Virus record (IMG/VR): IMGVR_UViG_3300045996_002625
Location: 1 to 63,588 of that record
Reading direction: 5' to 3' (one strand)
Length of the DNA: 63,588 nt
Source: a virus
Lineage: Duplodnaviria > Caudoviricetes
Made by a program: the position numbers and the translations under genes. Shown piece by piece: positions 51,001 through 58,097 of the stretch; position 1 is the first letter of the stretch; every line of letters begins with the position of its first letter. Below the pieces are notes generated by a model that worked only from the letters and a program-made list of their open reading frames with translations, was not told the origin of the DNA and did not search any database.

Positions 51001-51448
51001 CGGACAACAATTTTACAAACTGGTCGCGATGTTCCTAACCCCAAAGCAGGCCAGCGAAGCTCTCCGAGAGGCTGGGATCGTCGGCATTCAATACCTCGAC
51101 CAAGGCAGCCGAGTAACTGCCCCTGACCTCACGACCAAACAATTGATCGCATCACTTGAGCGAAACAAAGGGGACATCGAGGCATCCCTCAATGATGAGA
51201 TGCGCGGCGTCCACGCCCCTCCGAAGGAAAAGGAAAAGATCAAGGCTGACCTCCGCAAGACGCTTGAGGAGTTAAGCAAGCCGCAAACCAGAAACCTCGT
51301 CATCTTCGACGACAACCGGATCCGGATCACGCACGAGAACGGAGAGCCCGTCACTCCGAAGGAACGCCGGGAAGCGCTCGGCCAGAAGATCAGCCCGAAG
51401 GACGCCGCAAAAGAGCGACTGGAAGAATCCCTGACTACGAGCCCGTAG
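42008..51448 (+). CDS. Giant polyvalent internal virion protein (zincin-like, two ART-like, GNAT-like domains)
   Basis: 3146 aa; HEFGGH; KWFSGSKVVDESGKPRRVFHGS..GYDG..NQVKSATGNQGTF; GTGSDYMREL..RLKEFYSRFGF; YHGTPH..GEGAQAYGWGLYF. Confidence 0.85.
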   Translation: MAFDPSQPFEVLDEEPKDKPPFDPSKPSEPVTEAPAATATKPPFDPTQPTAPVSDQDLINDDTFDPASHAAQNPDDFDLAFRIDQARRARPLGEKAAEFAETVATPATWGHAVKGVVNFLTGFPQVATNTVQAMLPDAVLRTAKQNPTLTRMATMVNPWAGQAMLDAPAKETLQAEATLTGQHGEEAIKRLGRILEWGSKPLKEKRTFRDEDGNLIEDTGEELKPVQSKEDAKREYFQRLVEAAKNQIALSQGQPLETGPIAELYRLAGSSATEEVGPKELKRIGAEPVSQERIERMAAATDPLNIALAVAPSIPGARTIGGAATEAAGKAITGAGKVVGATTNVATSPLRMLRRMADPASAAASAATEATAQQGARGLQALGDAIAQQGKEMRTGVPSALTTKSATATAAGERALGTDALRKTGDVVAHGAATAAGIAPLNVALSEGDPRQLAELQVGAGVFGAALGGLRRNRSMLVEGVRPHLRSEGARALAEAGEGNDTLATRSARFVMSLPEAARDRVLETIGALQGLPIETANGRQRAKVYVLSEGDYLAAQRNIMKGMPGAEGGGRGFFNGPDGAAYINGEYHTGLPASELVHTVGHEFGGHAAISILQAVGSRGGPLYDGMMNTARKALYIRPPTKTKPGIPTPEFRKFVEGYNRAFDPTGKTKQIDVNDIAAVDEFISETAGQIMAGRGPGELAIPLNIQDKIAGGVADFMAKTIGMGGKNNLIGSKTNFDRTESAEVTRTVQEVLSELVGMKLRDGMEIPEAEKTVATRRAELTEVLNRPAPPDTAPLSAREQWVAERKAAQKELDQLMTGPKPKESDFTEQPAGPVDNSMTGMKNRVAATLRTEGVDATEASRVAQIANGITLAEMLADARAKVGKKQTPEINIPTALEPPSPAAAIKPESALKIESPADVTEGAIAALMKMGIGKNQAKALVRLANQQHGSPIMDTPHLAAGAFRIHGGGSVKSGEWIPKPAAPKAPVTAASGMQFRDEAGNTKMVVSTIDSAPQVGDVVMTRDGELRRVTRSIGDTIDTARTIDPLTTRGTKTHKLDDVAVVTHDYAPESTAAGTVAPPAPPQPKLRVEPRGDRFIVVDEAGNNATKTTYASQRDAEAAIAKTGKPSTFDIPKSADGNDVIDAILENGGMDLSGMSKEESENVFPHRGIWKNKLITGNRNQPPDEMARILLNDYGIGDGDARTMFDLISQAITARKSLRLQTKLAERAEKGKAPTTSNEPAPTESSEPPPTEEVPGKSTLTANDTKQSAPAPEPARLSPADVDRIAAQAEAEVIAARAGTKKKESTLPKEISDAQIDAVADAHEQGLPANYQGVRLRTDAMGKKTITGTFNPSRPFDAFLLKLADLSETAVGHLQALQQRLGQTVTINYSHAPEREGIATGEGRRSAQKESTAQARASGEAEAQAADKNFIPLEVRFNKGKDTPSITVLGASPEKLLNNFNHAKKALQEFGEPVPYRDIHDPHLVGDMKGVARNHANGWKGDGSARIEGFPDVNVPTPEAGYKPYEIPADRFDFLNLILGQESAKTGVKGISAEQKLKQGLAVKNRIPMTEAGETNLLREAINRGKGEVIGRDGKPTTWSKATLEDPMSEALRIDLVNEVKPATENTDASIRPHGYKGEIDRFFAEGSPNRTFSAAGFMPETPRDKARDRMAREHGAIYQGVENGLAAFKDEQTGGNFSLPEKDITSEAIKAKVDDVRKNFEGDQIDTPEKLEKWMRDQGLQFMPAQLAGTEERPAAMKKRALKLWVEQGTDSPFFQKWFSGSKVVDESGKPRRVFHGSRRADRIDTFKAKRATSGPMAFFSDDPMISSNYATSKQDTSLEAPSDYAGWFKFKDKGMRTPMDIDRAWYALTPEQRSSVLERIYTIGHENHDQAEGPIVPNSQSIMGKDGIDYELRQARGNGLRALVEIWLNSGSLFNDEEQFMDVLKSAGVPMEKVSFESPWKEVPGVLPVYLSIRNPLDTANIPESVLQALENAGKRKRSKTPAGGNSDAWDKNTISGPEWIAALREDAKNGTTYAWTRIPDWATETLTRLGYDGVKDTGGKMGGQSHGVWIPFRENQVKSATGNQGTFDPSNPDMRFMPASTEDIGSIGERYRDRLDTRAFLTKSGGNDIIKLDHIQAKKSAPAGTGSDYMRELVKYADDHGLTIALQTATKGDLDSSSEFKKTSSQSRLKEFYSRFGFKSNYGKRSYRADLPGNMHREPKTTKAMPSDRERTMPEGFYSGLQRTLEEKMPNSAPAAQVLAIARGGAKAEELKWTDLDGAVKRIAAENGGKVPKQALLDHLATDGAVRFKEVKLSDSKTASDPDLAKKLSEAYAERNQWRDMMEAKLGDPRDWPPAERKELSRRTAEIEELEKQRNEDSKSQQDAKPKFSQYTLPGGKNYREIVLTMEAPNQYAVRNNKTKEVRPFSTKEAAEKYIDQNRTSGLGSEFTLIGRNLQETAQSFTSSHFPNAGNYVAHMRLADHVDAQGREGTLIEENQSDRHQQGREKGYRDDARLAEITKDVEATPPNDWGQIANPNFEEQTRLMQAIPDAPLRKTWHEYQFRRALQDAIATGKEWIGWTTGDTQAERYDLSKQVDRIDTVRNKDGTYYLQAIEKGNRAAHDLGERIPADKLADFVGKELAQKIIDQPRTVARFEGADLKVGGEGMKGFYDKIMPSYVSNYVKKWGGKVEQGRISTGAITPSDTSRMGPAEAEAALRKADQTEREGVEIWKVDITPEMREAVKKGQPMFMPDAQPVETATPARPDARQNARSRIAAASQPETVQMSNASVTKGPSVVFLPAYHGTPHKVDKFSLEKVGTGEGAQAYGWGLYFAENPKVAEQYQKELAQRAGASDEWFFKPTEEGKAQFNKVINFADAAPMMASQGMRAMNIDTVKGAVAKLREMAKPGPRAASEHYRNAYAGLADMLEAGTLKFEKPSGNKYTVDIDVQPNELLDWDNHPPDSVKQAISGVARGKHKEAMEKALQILSDDPSTTGQQFYKLVAMFLTPKQASEALREAGIVGIQYLDQGSRVTAPDLTTKQLIASLERNKGDIEASLNDEMRGVHAPPKEKEKIKADLRKTLEELSKPQTRNLVIFDDNRIRITHENGEPVTPKERREALGQKISPKDAAKERLEESLTTSP

Positions 51449-51545
51449 ATTTTGCCGCCGGCAGCAAATCTGGACACGGTTTGGGAAAACTTCGCCTTGT
51501 GCGCGACGACCTTTTTCGTTAACGCACGAAGCACCGACCACCACC

Positions 51546-52100
51546 ATGAAGACCCGAATCCTCTCCTTCGCCCTCCTCCTCATCCTTGCCGTCAGCCTCC
51601 AGGCCGATCAACTCGGGCCCTACCTCTGGGACTACAACGGCAGCCCAGTCTCGGCCCCGGTAACCGCGATCAACCCGCCACCCGGCGCCATCGTCATCGA
51701 CAAGACCACCGGCGTCCGGTACACCAAGATCAGCGCGGTGGGCAGCAATGACACCTACGTCGTCGTTCCGACCGAGAACGTCTACGCTCACGCCGCCACC
51801 GCGACGATCGCCGTCGGCGAACTCTACGGAGGCACCCTAACCAACACCGGCGCGTCCGGAGCTGTCGTCCTTTCCCTGCCGGCCCCCGTCGTCGGCATGC
51901 GGTTCAAGGTTTACCTAACCGTCGCCCAAGACGTCGACATCAACCCCGCCAACGGCACGCAGATCCTCGTCCTGACCAACGCCACCGGCGATGCCATCTC
52001 AAGCGCGGCCACGATCGGCAACAGCATCGAACTCGTGGCGCTCTCCGCGACCACGTGGGGAGCATTCTCGACGAGCGGGACGTGGTCCGACGCCAACTGA
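51546..52100 (+). CDS. Signal-peptide protein, decoration-like beta domain
   Basis: MKTRILSFALLLILAVSLQA; TNTGASGAVVLSLPAPVVGMRF. Confidence 0.65.
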   Translation: MKTRILSFALLLILAVSLQADQLGPYLWDYNGSPVSAPVTAINPPPGAIVIDKTTGVRYTKISAVGSNDTYVVVPTENVYAHAATATIAVGELYGGTLTNTGASGAVVLSLPAPVVGMRFKVYLTVAQDVDINPANGTQILVLTNATGDAISSAATIGNSIELVALSATTWGAFSTSGTWSDAN

Positions 52101-52131
52101 CTTTCTTCGTGGCGCATTGGTCACGCCATCT

Positions 52132-52169
52132 AGGGCGGCTCCTTACTACCGGGAGTCGCCCTTTTCTTT
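52132..52169 (+). terminator. Intrinsic terminator ending the structural block
   Basis: AGGGCGGCTCC-loop-GGAGTCGCCCT followed by TTTCTTT. Confidence 0.75.
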
Positions 52170-52173
52170 GCCA

Positions 52174-52201
52174 TTGACGAGGAACGGGGAATCCCGAACA
52201 T
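52174..52201 (+). promoter_or_regulatory. Conserved promoter/operator copy 4
   Basis: TTGACG aggaacggggaatccc GAACAT. Confidence 0.7.
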
Positions 52202-52208
52202 TTGGCGT

Positions 52209-52394
52209 ATGAATAGATGGCTTCCCACCAGCGACATCCCAAACGAGGAAGGATTCAACGTGCGCGTTCTGATGCGCAACGGAGAGCAGCGCAACACGAC
52301 GGTTGTCTGGTCGCATGGAGCTCAGATGTTCCACCTCAACGGAATCAGCGTTGCTGACGTTCGTGGGTGGACCCCGATGGAGACCTCGGAATGA
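52209..52394 (+). CDS. Small hypothetical protein
   Basis: Directly after the conserved promoter. Confidence 0.55.
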   Translation: MNRWLPTSDIPNEEGFNVRVLMRNGEQRNTTVVWSHGAQMFHLNGISVADVRGWTPMETSE

Positions 52395-52768
52395 AGCGCT
52401 CCCCCCTGAAGCGCAAAAAGAGCCTGCGCGAGTACCATCTCGAGAAGATCAAGCGCGAGGGTAGATCAACCACCTCCATGAATCGATCGAAGCTGAAGCC
52501 CATGAGCGCAAAGCGACGCGCGAAGACTCCAGCGAGGAAGGCATGCAGACTGGCCGTTTACGCGCGGTGCGGCGGCCGATGCGAGGCGAAAACTCCAGAC
52601 TGCACTGGGTTCTGCGAGCAGGTCCACGAGATCAAAGCTCGCAGCGCCGGAGGGAGCATCACCGATCCTGCGAATTGCTTGGGCACGTGCGCAGCCTGCC
52701 ACGAATGGATTCAGCTCCATCACAACGAAGCCAGGGAGCGCGGGTTGGTTGCCCCGCGTGGAGCATGA
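52391..52768 (+). CDS. HNH-like nuclease
   Basis: RCE..C..QVHEIKARSAGG..NCLGTCAACHEWI. Confidence 0.7.
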   Translation: MKRSPLKRKKSLREYHLEKIKREGRSTTSMNRSKLKPMSAKRRAKTPARKACRLAVYARCGGRCEAKTPDCTGFCEQVHEIKARSAGGSITDPANCLGTCAACHEWIQLHHNEARERGLVAPRGA

Positions 52769-53202
52769 CGATATTTTCCCCAACCGACATGGAAGCCGCG
52801 GCAGCACGTGGAGCTCGATGCGGACACGGAGCGCTGGCTGCGGCCCTCGGAATACCAGTGCTTGAGGCGATGAAACACCTGAAATCCGGGTGGGTGAACG
52901 TCCCGATGATGAAGCGCGCGATCGAGGCGCATGGCCGGAGATGGAAGCGAGTAGAGCGTCCCGAGGCCGGAGACACCGCGGTCATTCTGGTCCAGTTCCT
53001 CGGCCCTTGGATGGATGAAGGAAAACCTCCGGCGTTGGCCTGCAGGTACCGGCACTGGGTGGCATGCAACGAGGATGGTCAGCTTTGGGATGCCAACTGG
53101 CCAGGATGGATGCCCCACGATGTCTGGAAGACGCTCGCCCCGGAACTCCTGCCCGAGGAGAGCAACGGATACGTCGTGTGGGGAGCACTGGAGATTCTAT
53201 GA
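52765..53202 (+). CDS. Possible papain-fold (C39-like) peptidase
   Basis: CGHGALAAALG...HWV...WDAN gives Cys-His-Asp order. Confidence 0.45.
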   Translation: MTIFSPTDMEAAAARGARCGHGALAAALGIPVLEAMKHLKSGWVNVPMMKRAIEAHGRRWKRVERPEAGDTAVILVQFLGPWMDEGKPPALACRYRHWVACNEDGQLWDANWPGWMPHDVWKTLAPELLPEESNGYVVWGALEIL

Positions 53203-53553
53203 TTACGACCATCGACACATCAGCCATTGAAGCCGCCCTACGCCGGGATCCGGAGGATTCGATCGACACGCCTTTAGGAAAGGTCACTCTCGACCGAAGC
53301 CTGCCGGAGGGACTGCGGAGATGCGCGATCCCCTGACCGGCAAGGTGCTCTACAGGATCATCAACATCGGGAGGGAGCACCCTGACGCGCACCCTATTCT
53401 GGGGATGCACTGCCAGCGATAAGGGGCGATCCCTGCAACGCTGCACAGCCCAGCGCTGGCTTTGATCCCCCAGACGCTACCCCGCTACCCCTCAAACGAA
53501 CGTCGGGCATTTTAGAGCGTGACACCCGAGCCCGAAAAGCGCACAAGCCAAGC

Positions 53554-53820
53554 ATGCGCTACCTCGCCATCCTCGGCACCGTGCTCCTCCTCCAAGCCTG
53601 CGCAGTGACCGTCAAATACCCCAACGGCCAAACCGCATTTGTCGATCGAACCGACTTCGAGGGCGAGACGGTCATCCAAACCAGGGACTTCTACATGCGA
53701 CGCACCGGAGCGCAAAAGGCATCGACGGCGACGCGCGCAGCAGGATCGGTCGTCGGCACAGCCATGAGCGGAGGAGCCGGCCTGATCACTGCGTGGTGGC
53801 TGCGGGGAGCAAAGCCTTGA
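53554..53820 (+). CDS. Lipoprotein
   Basis: MRYLAILGTVLLLQAC lipobox; hydrophobic C-terminus. Confidence 0.65.
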   Translation: MRYLAILGTVLLLQACAVTVKYPNGQTAFVDRTDFEGETVIQTRDFYMRRTGAQKASTATRAAGSVVGTAMSGGAGLITAWWLRGAKP

Positions 53821-53851
53821 CAGCCCGAAGGACGTCGGGAAAGATTCGCCT

Positions 53852-53925
53852 CGCAGCGTAGCCAAGTCAGGTAAGGCACGAGGCTCATAACCACGCCACC
53901 GCCGGTTCGAATCCGGCCGCTGCAA
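53852..53925 (+). tRNA. tRNA with CAT anticodon (Met/fMet/Ile2 unresolved)
   Basis: Acceptor CGCAGCG/CGCTGCA, D arm, CTCATAA loop, GCCGG-TTCGAAT-CCGGC T arm; TTGACA at 53818. Confidence 0.88.
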
Positions 53926-53928
53926 AAT

Positions 53929-53998
53929 GCGCGGGAATGCAAAGAGTCGAGCACCCGGGGTTACCCGGTCCTAGCTGGCGCGAGCCCAGCCCCGCGCT
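53929..53998 (+). ncRNA. tRNA-like cloverleaf with 4-nt anticodon loop
   Basis: GCGCGGG/CCCGCGC; TGC/GCA; CCGGG-GTTA-CCCGG; GCTGG-CGCGAGC-CCAGC. Confidence 0.65.
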
Positions 53999-54689
53999 CC
54001 CAACTTCCTGCGACGCGGGGACGGGTAAATGTCGTCAGCCCGTCCCCGCACCCGCGTAATAAATCGCACTCCTTTTTTGTTACGCGATTACAGAGTAATC
54101 GAGTGGACCGAGGCAGCGAACCCTCGTGACAAAAACACGCCTGTTTTTTACACGGAAAACCCGCCGAATTACGCATCGTGGAGAGGCGCGGCGGGTGTGA
54201 TGACACGACATTGATCGCCAACAAAAGCGTTGTCAAATATTCCAAGCGGGATTACGGCCACTGACTTTCAGGATAGCGAGTGCGGGAACGATCACTGTTG
54301 CGTCCGGCGCACACGCGAGGCGCGCAGGGGTGATCGTTTCTCCTGCGCGCCGCAGCGCCTCAATTTTGCCGCGGGCAGCAAATCTCGCGCATCTCATCCC
54401 GGCGCCGGCGCTCGAGATCGGCGAAGAACTCGTTGTGCATCGCCTCCCCTTCAGCCAGGCGCAGCGCCTCGACAGCGTCGTCCACGTCCTGCACCAGCAG
54501 GCCAGTTACCGGATCAACAACAGGGATCGCGACGGACATGAGCGCCTTTTATCCCAATTCGACATCGAGCGCAAATGCGATATCATCGACAGCATGCCCG
54601 ACGACAACCACGGCTGCGCCGACGAAGCCCTCGGCTGCCTCATCTGGATCATCGCCATCGGCCTCGCCGTGAAAGTGCTCGGCTGGATC

Positions 54690-55201
54690 TTCTGAGCACC
54701 AGCCCGGTGGTGAAATGGGAAGGTCTCAACCGGAAAAGCGCCCTCCCCCTTACCCCCACGAAGGAGGAAGGGAGAAGGCACTGAAAAACCAGCCCGTATG
54801 GAGCCAAAGGTATAGGCACGAACCGTGGCGTCTCGCAGCGTAAGCGAGCAGATAGCCCAATGAGCGAAGACCGGCGCACCCGCACGCGATCCCGACTCCA
54901 CGGAACTCTTGGGGCTGGTGACACGCGCCCCTCCAAACCGTAGCTTGCTCAGCGCCCGCGCCAGGCCACACCCAGGCGCGCGTATTCGGAGTCGTACCGT
55001 CTGGGGAGTTCTCATCCTCGCCAGCGTTTCGGGGAGTGCATCCAAGGATGCACCCGACATTCACGAACGTAGCCACCTAGAAAGGAAAGCCCGCTCTGGC
55101 TATCACTCCAGAGCGGTGGGATTTGAAACTCTTCCCTTGAGATTCGCCACTGAGGGCAAAGCGAAAACTGGTCTTGTTCTTAAGTGATAGCCTACGAACA
55201 A
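54690..55201. ncRNA. Candidate structured non-coding RNA or origin region
   Basis: About 500 nt without a convincing ORF; several stems and loop-loop complementarity. Confidence 0.4.
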
Positions 55202-55205
55202 AGCG

Positions 55206-55234
55206 AACCTGCCGCCACCGCAGCAAAGTGTCAA
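55206..55234 (-). promoter_or_regulatory. Leftward sigma70-like promoter
   Basis: TTGACA-17-CAGGTT on the minus strand; spacer holds a degenerate palindrome copy. Confidence 0.5.
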
Positions 55235-55266
55235 ATCAGATTTTGCCGCCCGCAGCAAAATCACGC

Positions 55267-55294
55267 TTGCCAAGCAACGGGGAATCACGAGAGT
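55267..55294 (+). promoter_or_regulatory. Conserved promoter/operator copy 5
   Basis: TTGCCA agcaacggggaatcac GAGAGT. Confidence 0.7.
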
Positions 55295-55300
55295 CGCGCC

Positions 55301-56560
55301 ATGAGCACGCCCCTGGAAACCGCCCGCGAGAAAATTCTCCATTACTTGGACAACCGAGACGTGATGAAAGGAACGCTCTTCTTGGAATTCCTGAACCAAG
55401 AGGGCATCACCACCGACGGGGCCACCGAAATCCTGCGCGAGAACAAGGAACGTTGGGAAGAAGCGAAAAAGGCAATCGAGGATGAGGTTCGACAACTTGA
55501 GGTCCGCCGCCGCGGCATCGACAACATGGCCGACATGATGGACACAATGCAGAAGATTCGATCGCAGGGACCGAAGGAGGCGATGGACACCATAGAGCAG
55601 CGATTCCCTCAACTCTTCACCGCCGCCCACCCGCGCCGATTCGAGATGCCATCAGGATTCGCCAACCCCAAGCGGTTCACCCTCCTCGCCTTCTGGGCGA
55701 TGTGGGAGGCATCCGAACTCAAGGACAGGGGGACAGTCAACAACCTCAACGCCCACGCTGTGAAGGTCGTCTCGTCCATCATCGAAAAACAGGTCCCAAC
55801 CTACTTTGTGAGCCAGCGCATCATGCAAGCGCTCATCAACACCGACCTGCCGAAAGACTTCAGCCTCCACGAAATGCCGTGGCCGATGGAGTCGATGCTC
55901 TTTGTCATCCCCGAGGGAACGCTCGTCAGCGAGAAGGGAGATATCACCCTTGTGGCCATCGCGCGATGCACAGCCAGGACATACCCGAACGACTGGATGA
56001 AGTGGGGCGACGCCGAAGACATCGTCGTCAAATACAGCGCCACCCACGAAGGCCCAGACACCGCCTGCATCCTCGCAATGACCGACGACGGCTCCTTCTT
56101 CCAATGGGAAGCGCCCATCGACGCCAAGACGATCAATGACGCAGCCTCCGTGAAGTTGATGAGAGGCGACCTCTCGAGCCTCGGAGCAAGAATGATATCC
56201 TCGGCCGCCGATCCCGAGCACGAACAATTCACCACCACCGACCTCCCGCGCGCCACCTTCCAGATCATCCTCGCGATGCTGGCCTGCCCCGAGATGATCG
56301 AGGCCGGCGTCATCGTCCGCCACCCGAGCAAGAAAAAGGGCAAAATGAAATGCGCCATCTGGGCTCCTAACTTTTTCGGCAAGGCGTACCGCCGATACGA
56401 CCAGATCGTCGGCGACGGCGGAGAGCCAGGACAAAAGCGAACGCATTGGCGCCGCGGGCACTTCCGACACCAACGATTCGGAGAAGGCCGTCGCGGCATC
56501 AAAGTAATCTGGATCCAGCCGATGCTGATCAACAAGGACCGAATGGAAACAGCAGCATGA
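55301..56560 (+). CDS. Conserved phage protein of unknown function
   Basis: C-terminal HWRRGHFRHQRFGEGR..IWIQPMLIN motif. Confidence 0.7.
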   Translation: MSTPLETAREKILHYLDNRDVMKGTLFLEFLNQEGITTDGATEILRENKERWEEAKKAIEDEVRQLEVRRRGIDNMADMMDTMQKIRSQGPKEAMDTIEQRFPQLFTAAHPRRFEMPSGFANPKRFTLLAFWAMWEASELKDRGTVNNLNAHAVKVVSSIIEKQVPTYFVSQRIMQALINTDLPKDFSLHEMPWPMESMLFVIPEGTLVSEKGDITLVAIARCTARTYPNDWMKWGDAEDIVVKYSATHEGPDTACILAMTDDGSFFQWEAPIDAKTINDAASVKLMRGDLSSLGARMISSAADPEHEQFTTTDLPRATFQIILAMLACPEMIEAGVIVRHPSKKKGKMKCAIWAPNFFGKAYRRYDQIVGDGGEPGQKRTHWRRGHFRHQRFGEGRRGIKVIWIQPMLINKDRMETAA

Positions 56561-56729
56561 CCCTCCAAGCCCTGCGCGCGCTACGCCAGCGCCTCTACCA
56601 CCAAACCCTCGCGCACTGCTTCGACCCCGCGGAGGATTGGCTCGACTACGCCGCCCTTTCCTACCGAGCCACGCGCATGCTCAAGCTCGTCCAAGAGCAC
56701 CAATACCTGAAGTGCCGGAACCGACTCCC

Positions 56730-57029
56730 ATGAGCGCCGACCCGACCCCACCATCCCTCGAGGAATTCACCAACTGGATCGACCGGATGTTCTGGCAGCA
56801 CGCCGAGCAGGCCGAAGAGAAGCTATTCATCGCTGGCCCAAAATTCGTGTGGTTTATGACCAGAAAGTTTGACCCAGCCCGCCCCTACAAATACCGCGGC
56901 AACGCCCACCAGCGCCGCGCCCAACGCCGCTACCGCGCCAGGATGTGGGAGATCGTAGGAGGCTTCGATTGGAAGAAGATCGAGGGCGAAGAAAAATCTT
57001 CGCCACCCTCGAAAATTGTTGTTGCATAA
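56730..57029 (+). CDS. Hypothetical protein
   Basis: Coupled ORF. Confidence 0.5.
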   Translation: MSADPTPPSLEEFTNWIDRMFWQHAEQAEEKLFIAGPKFVWFMTRKFDPARPYKYRGNAHQRRAQRRYRARMWEIVGGFDWKKIEGEEKSSPPSKIVVA

Positions 57030-57049
57030 CAACGGGGAATCCCGATACT
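57022..57049 (+). promoter_or_regulatory. Conserved promoter/operator copy 6
   Basis: TTGCAT aacaacggggaatccc GATACT. Confidence 0.75.
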
Positions 57050-57059
57050 GCGCCTACAA

Positions 57060-57560
57060 ATGAGCGCTTCTCAGAGCCACTCACCAACCGCGGACAAACC
57101 CGCGCAGACGACGGCTGTAACCGTCAAGATCAAGACCACATTCGGATCCCTACGGAAAGGCGAATCCTTCATCCACATGGGAGTCTGCGCCTACACGAAG
57201 ACCGGCGCGCGCCAAGCCTCTCCAAAGAACCAGCCACACCAGATTTTCAAATTCGACGCTTCGGAGCCCGTCGAGATCAAGGTCGCCGCTCCAGTCGAAA
57301 CCCTCACCACCGCCGAATACGCCGAGGTCGACGGCACCCGCCGCCGCCCCTCCTTCCCCTACGACGTCACGATCAACGACCGCCGCTTCCTCCGGATCAA
57401 AACCGACTTCACCTTCGAAGTTCACGACGACTCCGCGATCTTCGGGCCCTACGTCGTCAGCGACACCCGCCTGCTTGATCCCGTGATCACGCTTCTCGAG
57501 AACGACGCGTGGGACGAGCTCGAACTCAACGCCGCCGTCGAAGCCCTCAACCAGAACTGA
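57060..57560 (+). CDS. Hypothetical protein
   Basis: After the conserved promoter. Confidence 0.6.
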   Translation: MSASQSHSPTADKPAQTTAVTVKIKTTFGSLRKGESFIHMGVCAYTKTGARQASPKNQPHQIFKFDASEPVEIKVAAPVETLTTAEYAEVDGTRRRPSFPYDVTINDRRFLRIKTDFTFEVHDDSAIFGPYVVSDTRLLDPVITLLENDAWDELELNAAVEALNQN

Positions 57561-57561
57561 G

Positions 57562-57813
57562 ATGAGCTTCGCAACATTTACCACCGAAGGACGAGAGGTT
57601 ATGCGCGACGGAGAAGGCGTCTATTTCCTCGCCAACGAACAACAGGCGAAGGAGATCGCGGAGAAGCTCAACCTCCTCGAGGAAATGAAGGTCTTCACGA
57701 AGGACATCGGGGAATACACTGGAGAAGGTGGACCGACCACCCCATGGCGCGACATCGTCAAAAACATCGGCTCGAAAGCCCGACACATGCATTCGAAGGC
57801 CAAGAAGACATAA
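57562..57813 (+). CDS. Hypothetical protein
   Basis: 83-aa ORF. Confidence 0.55.
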   Translation: MSFATFTTEGREVMRDGEGVYFLANEQQAKEIAEKLNLLEEMKVFTKDIGEYTGEGGPTTPWRDIVKNIGSKARHMHSKAKKT

Positions 57814-58040
57814 TGAAGCGCCGACTCCTAAACCACTTCCTCCGCCGCCGCGGTGCGAAACTGATGCAACGCTGGCAGCGCCTCGTCGACCACTTCGGAG
57901 ACGGCATCCCCGAGATCGCCGAAAAGTTCAACCCGCGCCTGATCAGCTACCGGCGCCGAGCCCTCCGCATCGTCTTCAAACTGCGGGGACTACCACGCAC
58001 CGCCAAACACTTGCCAACAGCAACCCCGGTCTGAGAAGCC

Positions 58041-58077
58041 CCTCGGGAGGTCCGGTCACTCGATCGGCCTCCCGAGG
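58041..58077. other. Strong intergenic hairpin
   Basis: CCTCGGGAGG..CCTCCCGAGG with no U tract. Confidence 0.55.
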
Positions 58078-58097
58078 AATTCTGGACAAAACACACC

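Noticed and set aside
53423-53553. CGCTACCC tandem as a recombination site
   Set aside because: Only two short copies, and no recombinase gene to support it
54506-55060. 184-aa minus-strand ORF
   Set aside because: No motifs and atypical composition; the region looks structured rather than coding
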